Assembly (NCBI GenBank): GCA_021731165.1
Contig: JAKFXY010000012.1
Span: 10,717 to 74,716 of the forward strand
DNA from: Acidobacteriota bacterium
GTDB lineage: Bacteria > Acidobacteriota > Vicinamibacteria > Vicinamibacterales > UBA2999
Direction of reading: 5' to 3'
DNA: 64,000 nucleotides
The stretch's first letter is position 1, and the number at the start of each line of letters is the position of its first letter. A model generated the notes under the pieces. The model did no database searches. It was not told the origin of the DNA and worked only from the letters and a program-made list of their open reading frames with translations. Of this stretch, positions 17,599 to 25,628 are shown in pieces. The position numbers and the translations under genes were made by a program.

Positions 17599-19031
17599 CG
17601 GGGTCGCAGGCTTGTGAGCGAGGGGCGTTTCTGCTGCACCACGGCGGCTCCGCCCGGCGGTTCGATCAGGGTTCGGATCTCTTGTTGAGCGCGGTTGAGG
17701 AGCAGCAACGCACCCGCCGCGGCTGACGAAGCCTCCCGTGCGGTGGTCACCTCGCCGGACGTGGCCGCCCGGTAGCGCGCGCTCACCGCGTTCTCGGCAA
17801 AACGCCACGCGCCGATGAGCAGATCGTTTGCCGCGCGGAGCTCACCTGGAACCCCCGCGCCGAGCCGCTCGAGCAGAGTGGCGCCGCCCTCGAGCCGCCC
17901 GCGCAGCGTCAACAGCGTTTCCGGTGGCGGGCCCGTCAGACTCCTGATGGCCTCGAGGGCCGGCTGCAGCTTCACGAGCTGGAGCAGTTGCCCGCCAGCG
18001 GCCGACTGGTAGTCCTGATACAACCTGCGGCGCACCATCCACTGGTCGCGCAGCAGCCGCAGGCGCTGCGCGTCCTCGAGCCGTGCCTGCACGGAGGCGC
18101 GCAGCGCCTGGATCGTCTCCGGCCGCCGCTCGCCAAGCCTGGCATCCTCCGCCGGAATCCTGTTGAGCGCACGCTCCACATCGGCGACGCGGGCGCGTGC
18201 GGCGGCCCGAGTCACCGACGCCATCACACGCCTGCTGAAGCGGGCGTACTTCGCGTCGACGGCGGCTTCCTGGCGAATCTGCTCCTCGGCCGAGCGGCGC
18301 AGCATCCTGGCCTCCGCCGCGGGAATCGCCGAACCGGCCTCGTTGATGAGCGCGACGGCCGCGTGGAGCAGCGCGACGCGCTCCGACGACCGGTCGGTGA
18401 TACCGGCGATGCGGACCAACTGGTCCAGCTGCTCGCGCAGGGACGGCATGCCAAGGAGCGGCTCAGCCGGCACATCCCTCACGTCGGCCACCAGCGCCAC
18501 GTCAAACCGGCTGATGCCTGCCGCCGCACGGAGATTCGAGATTGCCTCGTCAAGCAGCGAGAGCATTTCGCGGACGTCCCCGTGCCTGTATCCGAAATGG
18601 GAGCGGGGCCAGGCGGCAAGCGTCTGCCGCGCCCCTTCGGCGATGTCGAGAGCGCGCCGGCGATCGGTGGCCTGCGCCACCTCGTTCAGCACGAGCGCCA
18701 CGCTGCGGCTCATCTGCTGGAAGTCGTCCTCGCCTCGCGAGGAGGCGTACCACTGGTACCGGGCTGACTCGGCGTAGCGATCCGTTCGCTTCCAATCGAT
18801 CCGGCCCGAGGGAAGCGTGACGACGTGGAGACGCGGCTGAACGTCCGTGCGTCCGACTGGCATGGCAAAGATCACCCGATCGTCCACGCGTGCGAACTCG
18901 CCGTAGCTCACGACACTGCCGCCGTCGGTGAGAAACAGGCGAAAAAGCGTGGCGTCGGTCGCGGCGTCCGCAGAAGACGCCGTGATCAGGAGCAGGAGCA
19001 GGGCGGCGCGCAATTTTCTTGGCACGGACAT
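17595..19031 (-). CDS. exported alpha-helical protein of unknown function (478 aa)
   Basis: Signal peptide MSVPRKLRAALLLLLITASSADA. The rest is Ala/Arg/Leu/Glu-rich helical sequence with no recognised domain. It is translationally coupled to addB. Confidence 0.7.
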   Translation of the reverse strand: MSVPRKLRAALLLLLITASSADAATDATLFRLFLTDGGSVVSYGEFARVDDRVIFAMPVGRTDVQPRLHVVTLPSGRIDWKRTDRYAESARYQWYASSRGEDDFQQMSRSVALVLNEVAQATDRRRALDIAEGARQTLAAWPRSHFGYRHGDVREMLSLLDEAISNLRAAAGISRFDVALVADVRDVPAEPLLGMPSLREQLDQLVRIAGITDRSSERVALLHAAVALINEAGSAIPAAEARMLRRSAEEQIRQEAAVDAKYARFSRRVMASVTRAAARARVADVERALNRIPAEDARLGERRPETIQALRASVQARLEDAQRLRLLRDQWMVRRRLYQDYQSAAGGQLLQLVKLQPALEAIRSLTGPPPETLLTLRGRLEGGATLLERLGAGVPGELRAANDLLIGAWRFAENAVSARYRAATSGEVTTAREASSAAAGALLLLNRAQQEIRTLIEPPGGAAVVQQKRPSLTSLRPR

Positions 19032-19102
19032 TGGCTGCGTTGGCTGGAATTGTACCTCTCGTACCTCGTCAACGCGCCGCAGACGTCATCCTTGGCCGTC
19101 GC

Positions 19103-19144
19103 TGTGGAAAAGTTGTGGATGACAGGTGCAAATCCTGTGGAGAA
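19103..19144 (+). promoter_or_regulatory. three DnaA-box-like 9-mers in the same orientation, spaced 11 and 22 bp
   Basis: TGTGGAAAA (19103), TGTGGATGA (19114) and TGTGGAGAA (19136), compared with the reverse complement of the relaxed DnaA box TTWTNCACA (TGTGNAWAA). Mismatches are 0, 1 and 1. Confidence 0.35.
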
Positions 19145-19297
19145 CCCGACAACGAAAATATTTCTTTCGCGCGATCCACCGCGTTTGCACGGCCGTCGCA
19201 CATGTGTACGCCGCCTTCGCGATCCGCTTCGCTTGATCGCGCGCCGCAGGAGCATAGAATCCCTTCACCGCTCCCTTCTCCCGGACATACACATAAC

Positions 19298-19516
19298 GTG
19301 ATCGTTCATCGCTTCGAAGAGACCATTGGCGGTCGCGCGTACCAGATCGAGGTCATGGCGGTTGCCGACCGGTGGCGCGCGCAGCTCAGGCGCATCCCTG
19401 GAATGCCGACAGCCATGATGCCCTTCTACGGAGCCACCCCCGATGAAGCGGCGCGCCAGCTGACCTCGTGGCTCACGCTGGCCAATCGGCGACAGGCGAC
19501 TCCGGCCAGCTCTTAA
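19298..19516 (+). CDS. hypothetical 72-aa protein
   Basis: GTG-initiated part of ORF 19019..19516 (VIVHRFEETIGGRAYQIEVMAVADRWRAQLRR...). The upstream part of the ORF looks non-coding. No family recognised. Confidence 0.3.
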   Translation: MIVHRFEETIGGRAYQIEVMAVADRWRAQLRRIPGMPTAMMPFYGATPDEAARQLTSWLTLANRRQATPASS

Positions 19517-19652
19517 CACGGCCTTCCCTTCGCGCATTCGGCGCTTCGGCAGACGCGCACTTCTGCCCATTCGGTGAGGTAAACACTGGATGACGCATCG
19601 TTGCGTGGCCTGTGGGCGTGCGCTACCATTGAATGTTCCACCCCGGCTCAAG

Positions 19653-19728
19653 GGGCCTGTAGCGCAGTTGGGAGCGCGCCTGAATGGCATTCAGGAGGTC
19701 ACCGGTTCGATCCCGGTCAGGTCCACCA
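19653..19728 (+). tRNA. tRNA-Ala (anticodon GGC), CCA encoded
   Basis: Manual cloverleaf fold. Acceptor GGGCCUG/CAGGUCC with the G3:U70 alanine identity pair. D stem GCGC/GCGC. Anticodon stem CCUGA/UCAGG with loop AUGGCAU. T arm ACCGG-UUCGAUC-CCGGU. Discriminator A plus CCA. Confidence 0.95.
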
Positions 19729-19820
19729 TCCTTCGCTCGCCTGCACGCGAGCGAGCTTCGGATGGCGAGCCACCCTTCGCGCGAAGGATGTCCACCGTAG
19801 CCCGCGGGGCGAAGGTGGAC
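19726..19820. repeat. cluster of three GC-rich palindromes directly after the tRNA (terminator / REP-like)
   Basis: Nested hairpin CCATCC..TCGCTCGC-ctgcac-GCGAGCGA..GGATGG (19726-19765). Perfect 14-bp palindrome CCTTCGCGCGAAGG (19774-19787). Hairpin GTCCACC-N17-GGTGGAC (19790-19820). Confidence 0.7.
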
Positions 19821-19973
19821 TGGCAAGCCACACGAGGCCGTTGACCCACAGTTCGATCAGAAGAATCCGCCTTATTCCCCTCAGTCTGCATCGCAGAAAC
19901 TGCGCTCCCTCGTGCTCGCGGAGTCACCTCACGCGGCTTTCCGCCGTGAACGCTTGGCAGCTAACTTGCGGGA

Positions 19974-20282
19974 TTGACCTTGGTGGGGCTGCCCAAGTGC
20001 ATCGTCTACGTTCTAAAGAGTGCCAGTGATCCACGCCGCTACTACACCGGGCTGACGTCGAATCTTTCGATGAGACTGGATCGACACAACGCGGGCCATT
20101 GTTCGCACACTGCCTCGGGCCGACCGTGGATCGTTGATGTCGTCGTGGAGTTCGCTGACGAGCGACGAGCGGTGGTGTTTGAGCGTTACTTGAAGTCAGG
20201 TTCTGGTGTGGCGGCTCTTGCAGGGCGTCTTGTTCGGCATTCGGCACAGCACCGACTACACGTGCTAGAACAGGTCCTCTGA
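19974..20282 (+). CDS. GIY-YIG nuclease superfamily protein (YhbQ/UPF0213-like)
   Basis: CIVYVLKS...RYYTGLTSNLSMRLDRHNAG...ERYLKSGSG is the typical GIY-YIG small-protein pattern. Start is ambiguous (TTG 19974/19980, GTG 19983). Confidence 0.75.
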   Translation: MTLVGLPKCIVYVLKSASDPRRYYTGLTSNLSMRLDRHNAGHCSHTASGRPWIVDVVVEFADERRAVVFERYLKSGSGVAALAGRLVRHSAQHRLHVLEQVL

Positions 20283-20284
20283 AA

Positions 20285-20473
20285 TCACCGGCTCGAAGTC
20301 GACGCGCTTTCCGCGACCTCCAGCGCGGCCTTAATGCCGGCGCGGGTCCGGTCTGAGCGACAGTCGCTGTCGAACTGCGCAAATGCGGCAAGCACGCCCT
20401 CCATCAGCTTGCCCGTGGACGTGTCGTCGATCGGCTCCGTTGCCGACCGCAGCGTACCCGCGCGTGAGTAACC
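20285..20473 (-). pseudogene. remnant of a serine recombinase (resolvase/invertase catalytic domain, C-terminal part only)
   Basis: LRSATEPIDDTSTGKLMEGVLAAFAQFDSDCRSDRTRAGIKAA matches the conserved IDTSTxxGKLxxxxLxAxAExERxxIxERTxxG block. The N-terminal catalytic Ser region and the DNA-binding domain are absent in all frames I read. Confidence 0.7.
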
Positions 20474-20694
20474 CTCCGGGCCGGCCTCGGGGCGGCCGTG
20501 GGTGCATAACCGGGTGTTGCCCATGCCTCCGCTGCATCGGTGACGCCGGCTAAGTGCGTGTCGTGCGCGGCACAGAACGCCGCGCTGCAAAACTGACCTC
20601 AAGTGATACAGTCAACCCGGTTTCCTCACATTGGCCGCGCCCCGCGTTCACTTCGTTTAAGGCGAGTGCTGCAACATGCAGCGGGAGCTGACAC

Positions 20695-22545
20695 ATGACG
20701 TTGACGGGCACGCCTGCGCCATTGGTCGTATTGCTGTTTACAGTGTCGACCGCGACGATGCTGGTCGCCAAGGACCGCATCTTCGTCGACCAATGGAGCC
20801 CCACCCGTTCGGAGCTCTTCATCGCTGACGCTGATGGCACCAATGCGCGAAAGCTGGTGGCAGGGTTAGAGCGCGATTACAACGCGTCCTTTTCCTTCGA
20901 CGGCGAATGGGTGGTGTTTACATCCGAGCGTCACGGTTCCGCGGATATCCTTCGCGTGCGGGCCAACGGCATGGGGCTCGAGCGGCTCACCGACAGCTCG
21001 GCCTTCGACGATCAGGCCGCGCTCTCTCCGGACGGCAATTCGCTGGCGTTTGTGTCGACCCGAGGCACCGGATCGACCGACATTCATGTTCTGGACTTGA
21101 AGAGTCGCCAATCCCGAAACCTGACCAACTCGCCGGGTGGTGACTATCGACCGAGCTGGTCGCCTGATGGACGAAGACTGGCGTTCTCATCCGATCGCGG
21201 AACGAACCTTCAACGATCGAAGGGCAACTGGGAACAGGTGCAACCAGCGAGCGTCTACGTTGTCAACGCGGATGGCCACGATCTGCGCAAGCTGTCGTCG
21301 GATGGCCAGCTTGCCGGATCGCCGAAGTGGTCGCCGGACGGCGCCCGTGTGGTTTTCTATGAGCTCGCCGTGGCCGACAGCTACAGGGCAAGGGGGCTCG
21401 GCACGCAGGCGACCGTTGAGTCACGGATCGTTGCGGTTGATGTCGCGACCGGCGCCCGCGTCGAGCACGCGTCGGGGCCCGGGCTGAAGCTGTCGCCGCA
21501 GTTCCTCGATGCGAATCGGATCGGCTACCTGGCTAAGTCAGGGACGACAGCGGCTTTGACCTTCAGCTCGGGAGAGAAGGGGAGCGTGGGTGACATTGGA
21601 AACCCGTCCTGGTCGCGCGATGGCCGCCGGGTTGTGTATCACCGTGGACCGATCGAGACAATTCCGGCGGCCCGCACGCCTGGCGGGTCGCTGTATAGCG
21701 GAGACTCACAATACGATCTCCGGTTCGCGAGCGGGTTCCCGGCGGTATCGCCCGACGGACGACAACTTGCTGTCAGCGAGCGAACCGGCCGGGGGACCCC
21801 AGACGACCGTACCTCCTTGGTTGTCTGGAATAGCGATGGAACGAATCCCCGGCGTATCTTCCACGCGGAAGGGTCTCTGATGTCGCCAAGTTGGTCAGCT
21901 GACGGACAGTGGATCGTGTTCGGTGCCGGCACTTACTTTGTTGCCCGCGCGACCCGTCCTGCCCAGATCATGATCGTGAGGCCTGACGGCTCAGGAGCCC
22001 GCGCGCTCACAACAGGGGCCGGCAATTCCGGGTTTCCGAGTTGGTCGCCTGATGGCACGCAGGTGGTCTATCGATTCTGGAATGAAGCGGCAGGCTCGTC
22101 CCCCGCGAACGGCCCAACGCCTGGTAGGGCGGCGGGGCTGCGCATCTTCAACATGTCCGATGGCGCGGTCCGTACATTGACGACTGACTATGACAATTTT
22201 CCGTGTTGGTCGAAAAGGGGTCGCATCGTCTTCAGCCGGTATGTGAATGATGAGTTCCATATTTTCGCGATAAACCCCGATGGAACCTCGTTGACGCAGC
22301 TGACCAAAGGATCCCACGACAATACGCACCCTGCCTGTGCGCCCGATGGAGACCATGTGCTGTTCAGCACTTCGCGCTTCGGTTTCAAGGACGAAGCGCC
22401 AATGTCTGATATCCCACAGCCTTACGGCGAGTTGATGATCATGAAGCTCGACGGATCTGATCAACGGCCGCTGACAGACAACCGCTGGGAGGAGGGCACG
22501 CCAGCTTGGCAGCCCGTACCTCTGCCAGGAGCGGCTACGAAATAG
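20695..22545 (+). CDS. PD40/WD40-like beta-propeller repeat protein (TolB-like), N-terminal signal/anchor
   Basis: At least seven repeats of the (S/A)PDG-x-x-(L/V)-(A/V)F type (ALSPDGNSLAFVS, SWSPDGRRLAFSS, KWSPDGARVVFY, AVSPDGRQLAVSE, SWSADGQWIVFG, SWSPDGTQVVYR, CAPDGDHVLFST). Hydrophobic N-terminus. Confidence 0.85.
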   Translation: MTLTGTPAPLVVLLFTVSTATMLVAKDRIFVDQWSPTRSELFIADADGTNARKLVAGLERDYNASFSFDGEWVVFTSERHGSADILRVRANGMGLERLTDSSAFDDQAALSPDGNSLAFVSTRGTGSTDIHVLDLKSRQSRNLTNSPGGDYRPSWSPDGRRLAFSSDRGTNLQRSKGNWEQVQPASVYVVNADGHDLRKLSSDGQLAGSPKWSPDGARVVFYELAVADSYRARGLGTQATVESRIVAVDVATGARVEHASGPGLKLSPQFLDANRIGYLAKSGTTAALTFSSGEKGSVGDIGNPSWSRDGRRVVYHRGPIETIPAARTPGGSLYSGDSQYDLRFASGFPAVSPDGRQLAVSERTGRGTPDDRTSLVVWNSDGTNPRRIFHAEGSLMSPSWSADGQWIVFGAGTYFVARATRPAQIMIVRPDGSGARALTTGAGNSGFPSWSPDGTQVVYRFWNEAAGSSPANGPTPGRAAGLRIFNMSDGAVRTLTTDYDNFPCWSKRGRIVFSRYVNDEFHIFAINPDGTSLTQLTKGSHDNTHPACAPDGDHVLFSTSRFGFKDEAPMSDIPQPYGELMIMKLDGSDQRPLTDNRWEEGTPAWQPVPLPGAATK

Positions 22546-22976
22546 ACGCACAGTAGTCTGGCTACATCAGCTGATCCGTCAGCTTGCGACATTCCACACC
22601 TGCAACTACCGCCGGTTGCAGGCCCTCGATTTGGAATCCGCTCGTGTTGCCCGTCGCACATTCGGAAGGTGCCCACGAGATCGAGGGCTTTGCAGGAAGG
22701 AGCCCGCGTCATGCGGCTCGCCTGAGGCCGTTGAGAGTATCCAGCCAGCTGATTAGTTGGTTCCAACTGGCGATGTTCTGGTCCACCACACCTCTAACCA
22801 AAACAACGTCAGCGATTTGCGCGCGACGGCGCGCGGCGAAATGCACGGCGCTCAGGCGGTCACACGAGCGCTCGATGTGCATTTCGGTGCATTTCTGAGG
22901 CTGAGCCGCCGGATAGAATCGAGCCGGTCATGAAGCCGCCTACGACGCCGCCGAAGATGGTTCGCGCCTACCACCC

Positions 22977-23423
22977 ATGTCCACGGACCATGCGATCAGT
23001 AGCATCGCACTCAGCCGCCTGAAGGTCGCGCGCATCTCCGACGTAAACGATCCGTTCGAGCTGTTCGCGGTGAACTGCATCAAGCCACAGGTCCGAAAAG
23101 CGCTCAAGAGTTTCAAAGCGATCCACGACGCCGACAAGGGTGTCTTGCCTCACGGGAACACAATACCGGAGGGCGTTCAGCAGCTCCTATTCGTAACGAA
23201 GTTCGCCCACTGGTCCTACGAGGAGGAGGTCCGGGCGATCGTTGAACTGGAACACGCGGTCAAGGAGGGCACGCTCTACTTCTGGCCGTGGAGCGAACAG
23301 CTCCAGCTTAAGGAAGTGATCCTAGGGCCGCTCTGTTGTCTGTCGCTGGAGCAAGTCAGCTCTCGCTGCGCCCAAGCAGCACATCGAGCAAAGGATGCGG
23401 CGTCGCGGCAAAAGGGTTCGTAA
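22977..23423 (+). CDS. DUF2971-like protein, probably truncated or degenerate
   Basis: The N-terminal pattern LKVARISDVNDPFE resembles the DUF2971 hallmark (..RFSxxxxxNDPFE). It is only 148 aa, and its 3' end overlaps the convergent vapC by 68 nt. An upstream ATG (22929) in another frame suggests a frameshift. Confidence 0.4.
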   Translation: MSTDHAISSIALSRLKVARISDVNDPFELFAVNCIKPQVRKALKSFKAIHDADKGVLPHGNTIPEGVQQLLFVTKFAHWSYEEEVRAIVELEHAVKEGTLYFWPWSEQLQLKEVILGPLCCLSLEQVSSRCAQAAHRAKDAASRQKGS

Positions 23424-23811
23424 TCGTCACACCCTGCCAGGTAAAGCCCTCCTGCAGATCCTCTGAGAGCAGTAGACGACAACCGGCTTGGGCTGTCGCT
23501 GACAGAATAACGGAGTCCCAGATACGGAGGTTGTGATCCGCTGCGAGGTCGACGGCGTTGACAATGACGGTGACCGACGTGTCGCTCAGTGGGTAGGCAT
23601 CTCGCCAGGTCAAGATTGCTGTACGCGCGCTCGTCGGCGACTTCTTCGCCTTGAGCACAAGCACGTTGAACAACTCACCGAGCACTTGTGTCGGCAGGAC
23701 TACGGAACCGGCCGGCAGCTGTTGAATCAGATCGAGCGCTTTCTCCTTCATCTCGACGCCGTTGGTACCTTCGGCGTAGGCGAGAATGTTGGTGTCCAGC
23801 GCGACCTTCAC
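23356..23811 (-). CDS. vapC: PIN-domain ribonuclease toxin (VapC family)
   Basis: MKVALDTNILAYAE start with conserved Asp, plus later acidic residues (DLAADH, SEDLQ). 4-nt overlap with the upstream antitoxin gene. Confidence 0.85.
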   Translation of the reverse strand: MKVALDTNILAYAEGTNGVEMKEKALDLIQQLPAGSVVLPTQVLGELFNVLVLKAKKSPTSARTAILTWRDAYPLSDTSVTVIVNAVDLAADHNLRIWDSVILSATAQAGCRLLLSEDLQEGFTWQGVTITNPFAATPHPLLDVLLGRSES

Positions 23812-24062
23812 AGGCCGTCCTCGTACAGCTCGTCGCGGGTCCAGCGGCCGATGTTCGCGACCGGTTCGGCGCGCAGTCGAGCCAGCAGCGCGGCGCGCGC
23901 GCCATCAGACGTCCGATCGTGTTCTGTGATGGGAACAATCCTGGCGACGGGCTTGCCGTGGCTGGTGACAAGCACGCTCCGGCCGTCCTTCACGGTTCGG
24001 AGAAGTTCCGAAAATCGCCGGTTCGCATCCGCGGCTGAAACGGCTTCCTCAATACGGACCAT
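23808..24062 (-). CDS. vapB: Phd/YefM-type antitoxin
   Basis: ANRRFSELLRTVKDGRSVLVTSHGKPVARIVPI is the characteristic Phd/YefM N-terminal fold sequence. 84 aa. ATGA overlap with vapC. Confidence 0.85.
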   Translation of the reverse strand: MVRIEEAVSAADANRRFSELLRTVKDGRSVLVTSHGKPVARIVPITEHDRTSDGARAALLARLRAEPVANIGRWTRDELYEDGL

Positions 24063-24308
24063 GTAGTGATATTACCTACTTTAACCATCGGCGCCAAGGA
24101 GCAACTTGACGGGACCGCTCATGCGCCTGCTCGAAACGCCTCCAGCGCGCCGCAGCGGCGAAGCCGCGAAGGCGGGCAGAATTAGCCAAAGTCCTCGCAT
24201 CCAATCGTTCGAGGAACTGCCACCCGGCTCCGGCCGCGCCTTTGCCAAGCGGCATTTTTCCGCACCGTGACGGCGAAGGCCGAGGCCTCGGCGCACTCGC
24301 GGACGATC

Positions 24309-24336
24309 TGACGACAAGAAGATGACGACAAGAAGA
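24309..24336. repeat. exact tandem duplication of a 14-nt unit (TGACGACAAGAAGA x2)
   Basis: Read directly in the 432-bp spacer between vapB and the FAH-family gene. Confidence 0.9.
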
Positions 24337-24494
24337 TATTGGCCACGCCGCCACAAGGGGTTAAGAGTGAAGCAAATGTGCAGCCAATGTAATATGCCTC
24401 GTCCAGGATGCTACCGGGGGTCAAGTAACAGGGCCGCGTGATTCGGCCCGACCTGGCAGAGCCCGACTCGACCACATTAGGAGAGGCGATCATC

Positions 24495-25575
24495 ATGAAA
24501 CGGCTCGTTCTGGGATTGTTGACAGCCTGCGCCGTCGCGGGCTCAATCACCACCGCGCAACAAGTCACCCCATACAAGATCGGCACCTTCCAGCGGCAGG
24601 GCACCCGGCCATTCGTGAGGGTCGTGCTGCGCGATTCGTACGTCATCGATCTGGCGGCGGCCGCCGCGACGACCAAAGCGTCGAGTGTCGCGGCTCCCAC
24701 CGACATGAAGGATCTCATTCAACGCTACGATGCTGGCGTGCGCGACCTCATCGTCGCCGTCGTCAAGAGCCTGGGCGATCGGCTCGGCGCGAACCGGCCG
24801 GCATATGTCTACGACGTGACGGCCGTCAAGACACTGCCGCCCATCATGTATCCGATGACGGTTATGAACGCGGCCGTCAACTACTTCGAGCACGCGGCCG
24901 AGGGCCAACCGGCTCCGGCGCCCGGTGCCGTGCAGCCCGGCTACGCCGATGCGAAGACCGTCAGCGCGCCCGGGCTCTGGGAACGGAAGCCCGGCGACAA
25001 GCGCTGGAATCCATACATCTTTCTCAAGGCGTCATCAGCCATCATCGCCGACAAGGAGGCGATTCGCATTCCGCCAGGGCGCACGATGATTGACTGGGAA
25101 TGCGAGATGGGCATCGTCATCGGACGCCGGGCGAGCCACGTGCCCGCCAATCGCGCGAGGGACTACATCTTCGGGTACACGCTCGAGCTCGACGTCTCGG
25201 ACCGCGGCGGTCGCGGCGACGGCCGTCACGGATCAGACTGGTTGATCGGCGTCGCACGACACCTTCGCGCCCATGGGGCCGTACATCGTGCCGAAGGAGT
25301 TCGTCCAAGACCCGCAGAAGCTGAAGATCACGTACACGCTTGACGGCAAGGTGATGCAGGACTCGAACACGTCTGAGATGATTCACAGCATCGATGAGAT
25401 GCTGCACTTTGGATCGAACATTCTGACCCTGCATCCCGGTGACATCATCGCCACCGGCAGCCCGTCCGGCGTGGGCGTGGCGAGGACACCACCAATCTTC
25501 CTGAAGGCGGGTCAGATCTCCGTGTGCTCGTACGAAGGCGTCGGTACGCTCACGAATCCGATTCAGGGTGGTTGA
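24495..25575 (+). pseudogene. fumarylacetoacetate hydrolase (FAH) family gene with lipoprotein-type signal peptide, interrupted by a frameshift near 25245-25255
   Basis: The first frame ends its homology at ...GSDWLIG. The second frame continues (A)SHDTFAPMGPYIVPKEF...GDIIATGSPSGVGV...GTLTNPI (ORF 25273..25575). The frames differ by one nucleotide. N-terminus MKRLVLGLLTACAVAG has an SD GGAG upstream of ATG 24495. Confidence 0.75.
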
Positions 25576-25628
25576 TCGACGGGTCCTCGATGGACCTCCG
25601 CCGCGTGAAGGCAGCCCACAACGCCGCC

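Noticed and set aside
19103-19144. DnaA-box trio as oriC
   Set aside because: Only three boxes are present, with no adjacent AT-rich unwinding element and no origin-linked genes. It is kept only as a possible regulatory or titration site.
22776-22784. GGTCCACCA match to the tRNA-Ala 3' end as island att repeat
   Set aside because: Only 9 nt are identical (12 of 16 with flanks). A match of that length is expected by chance in a window of this size.
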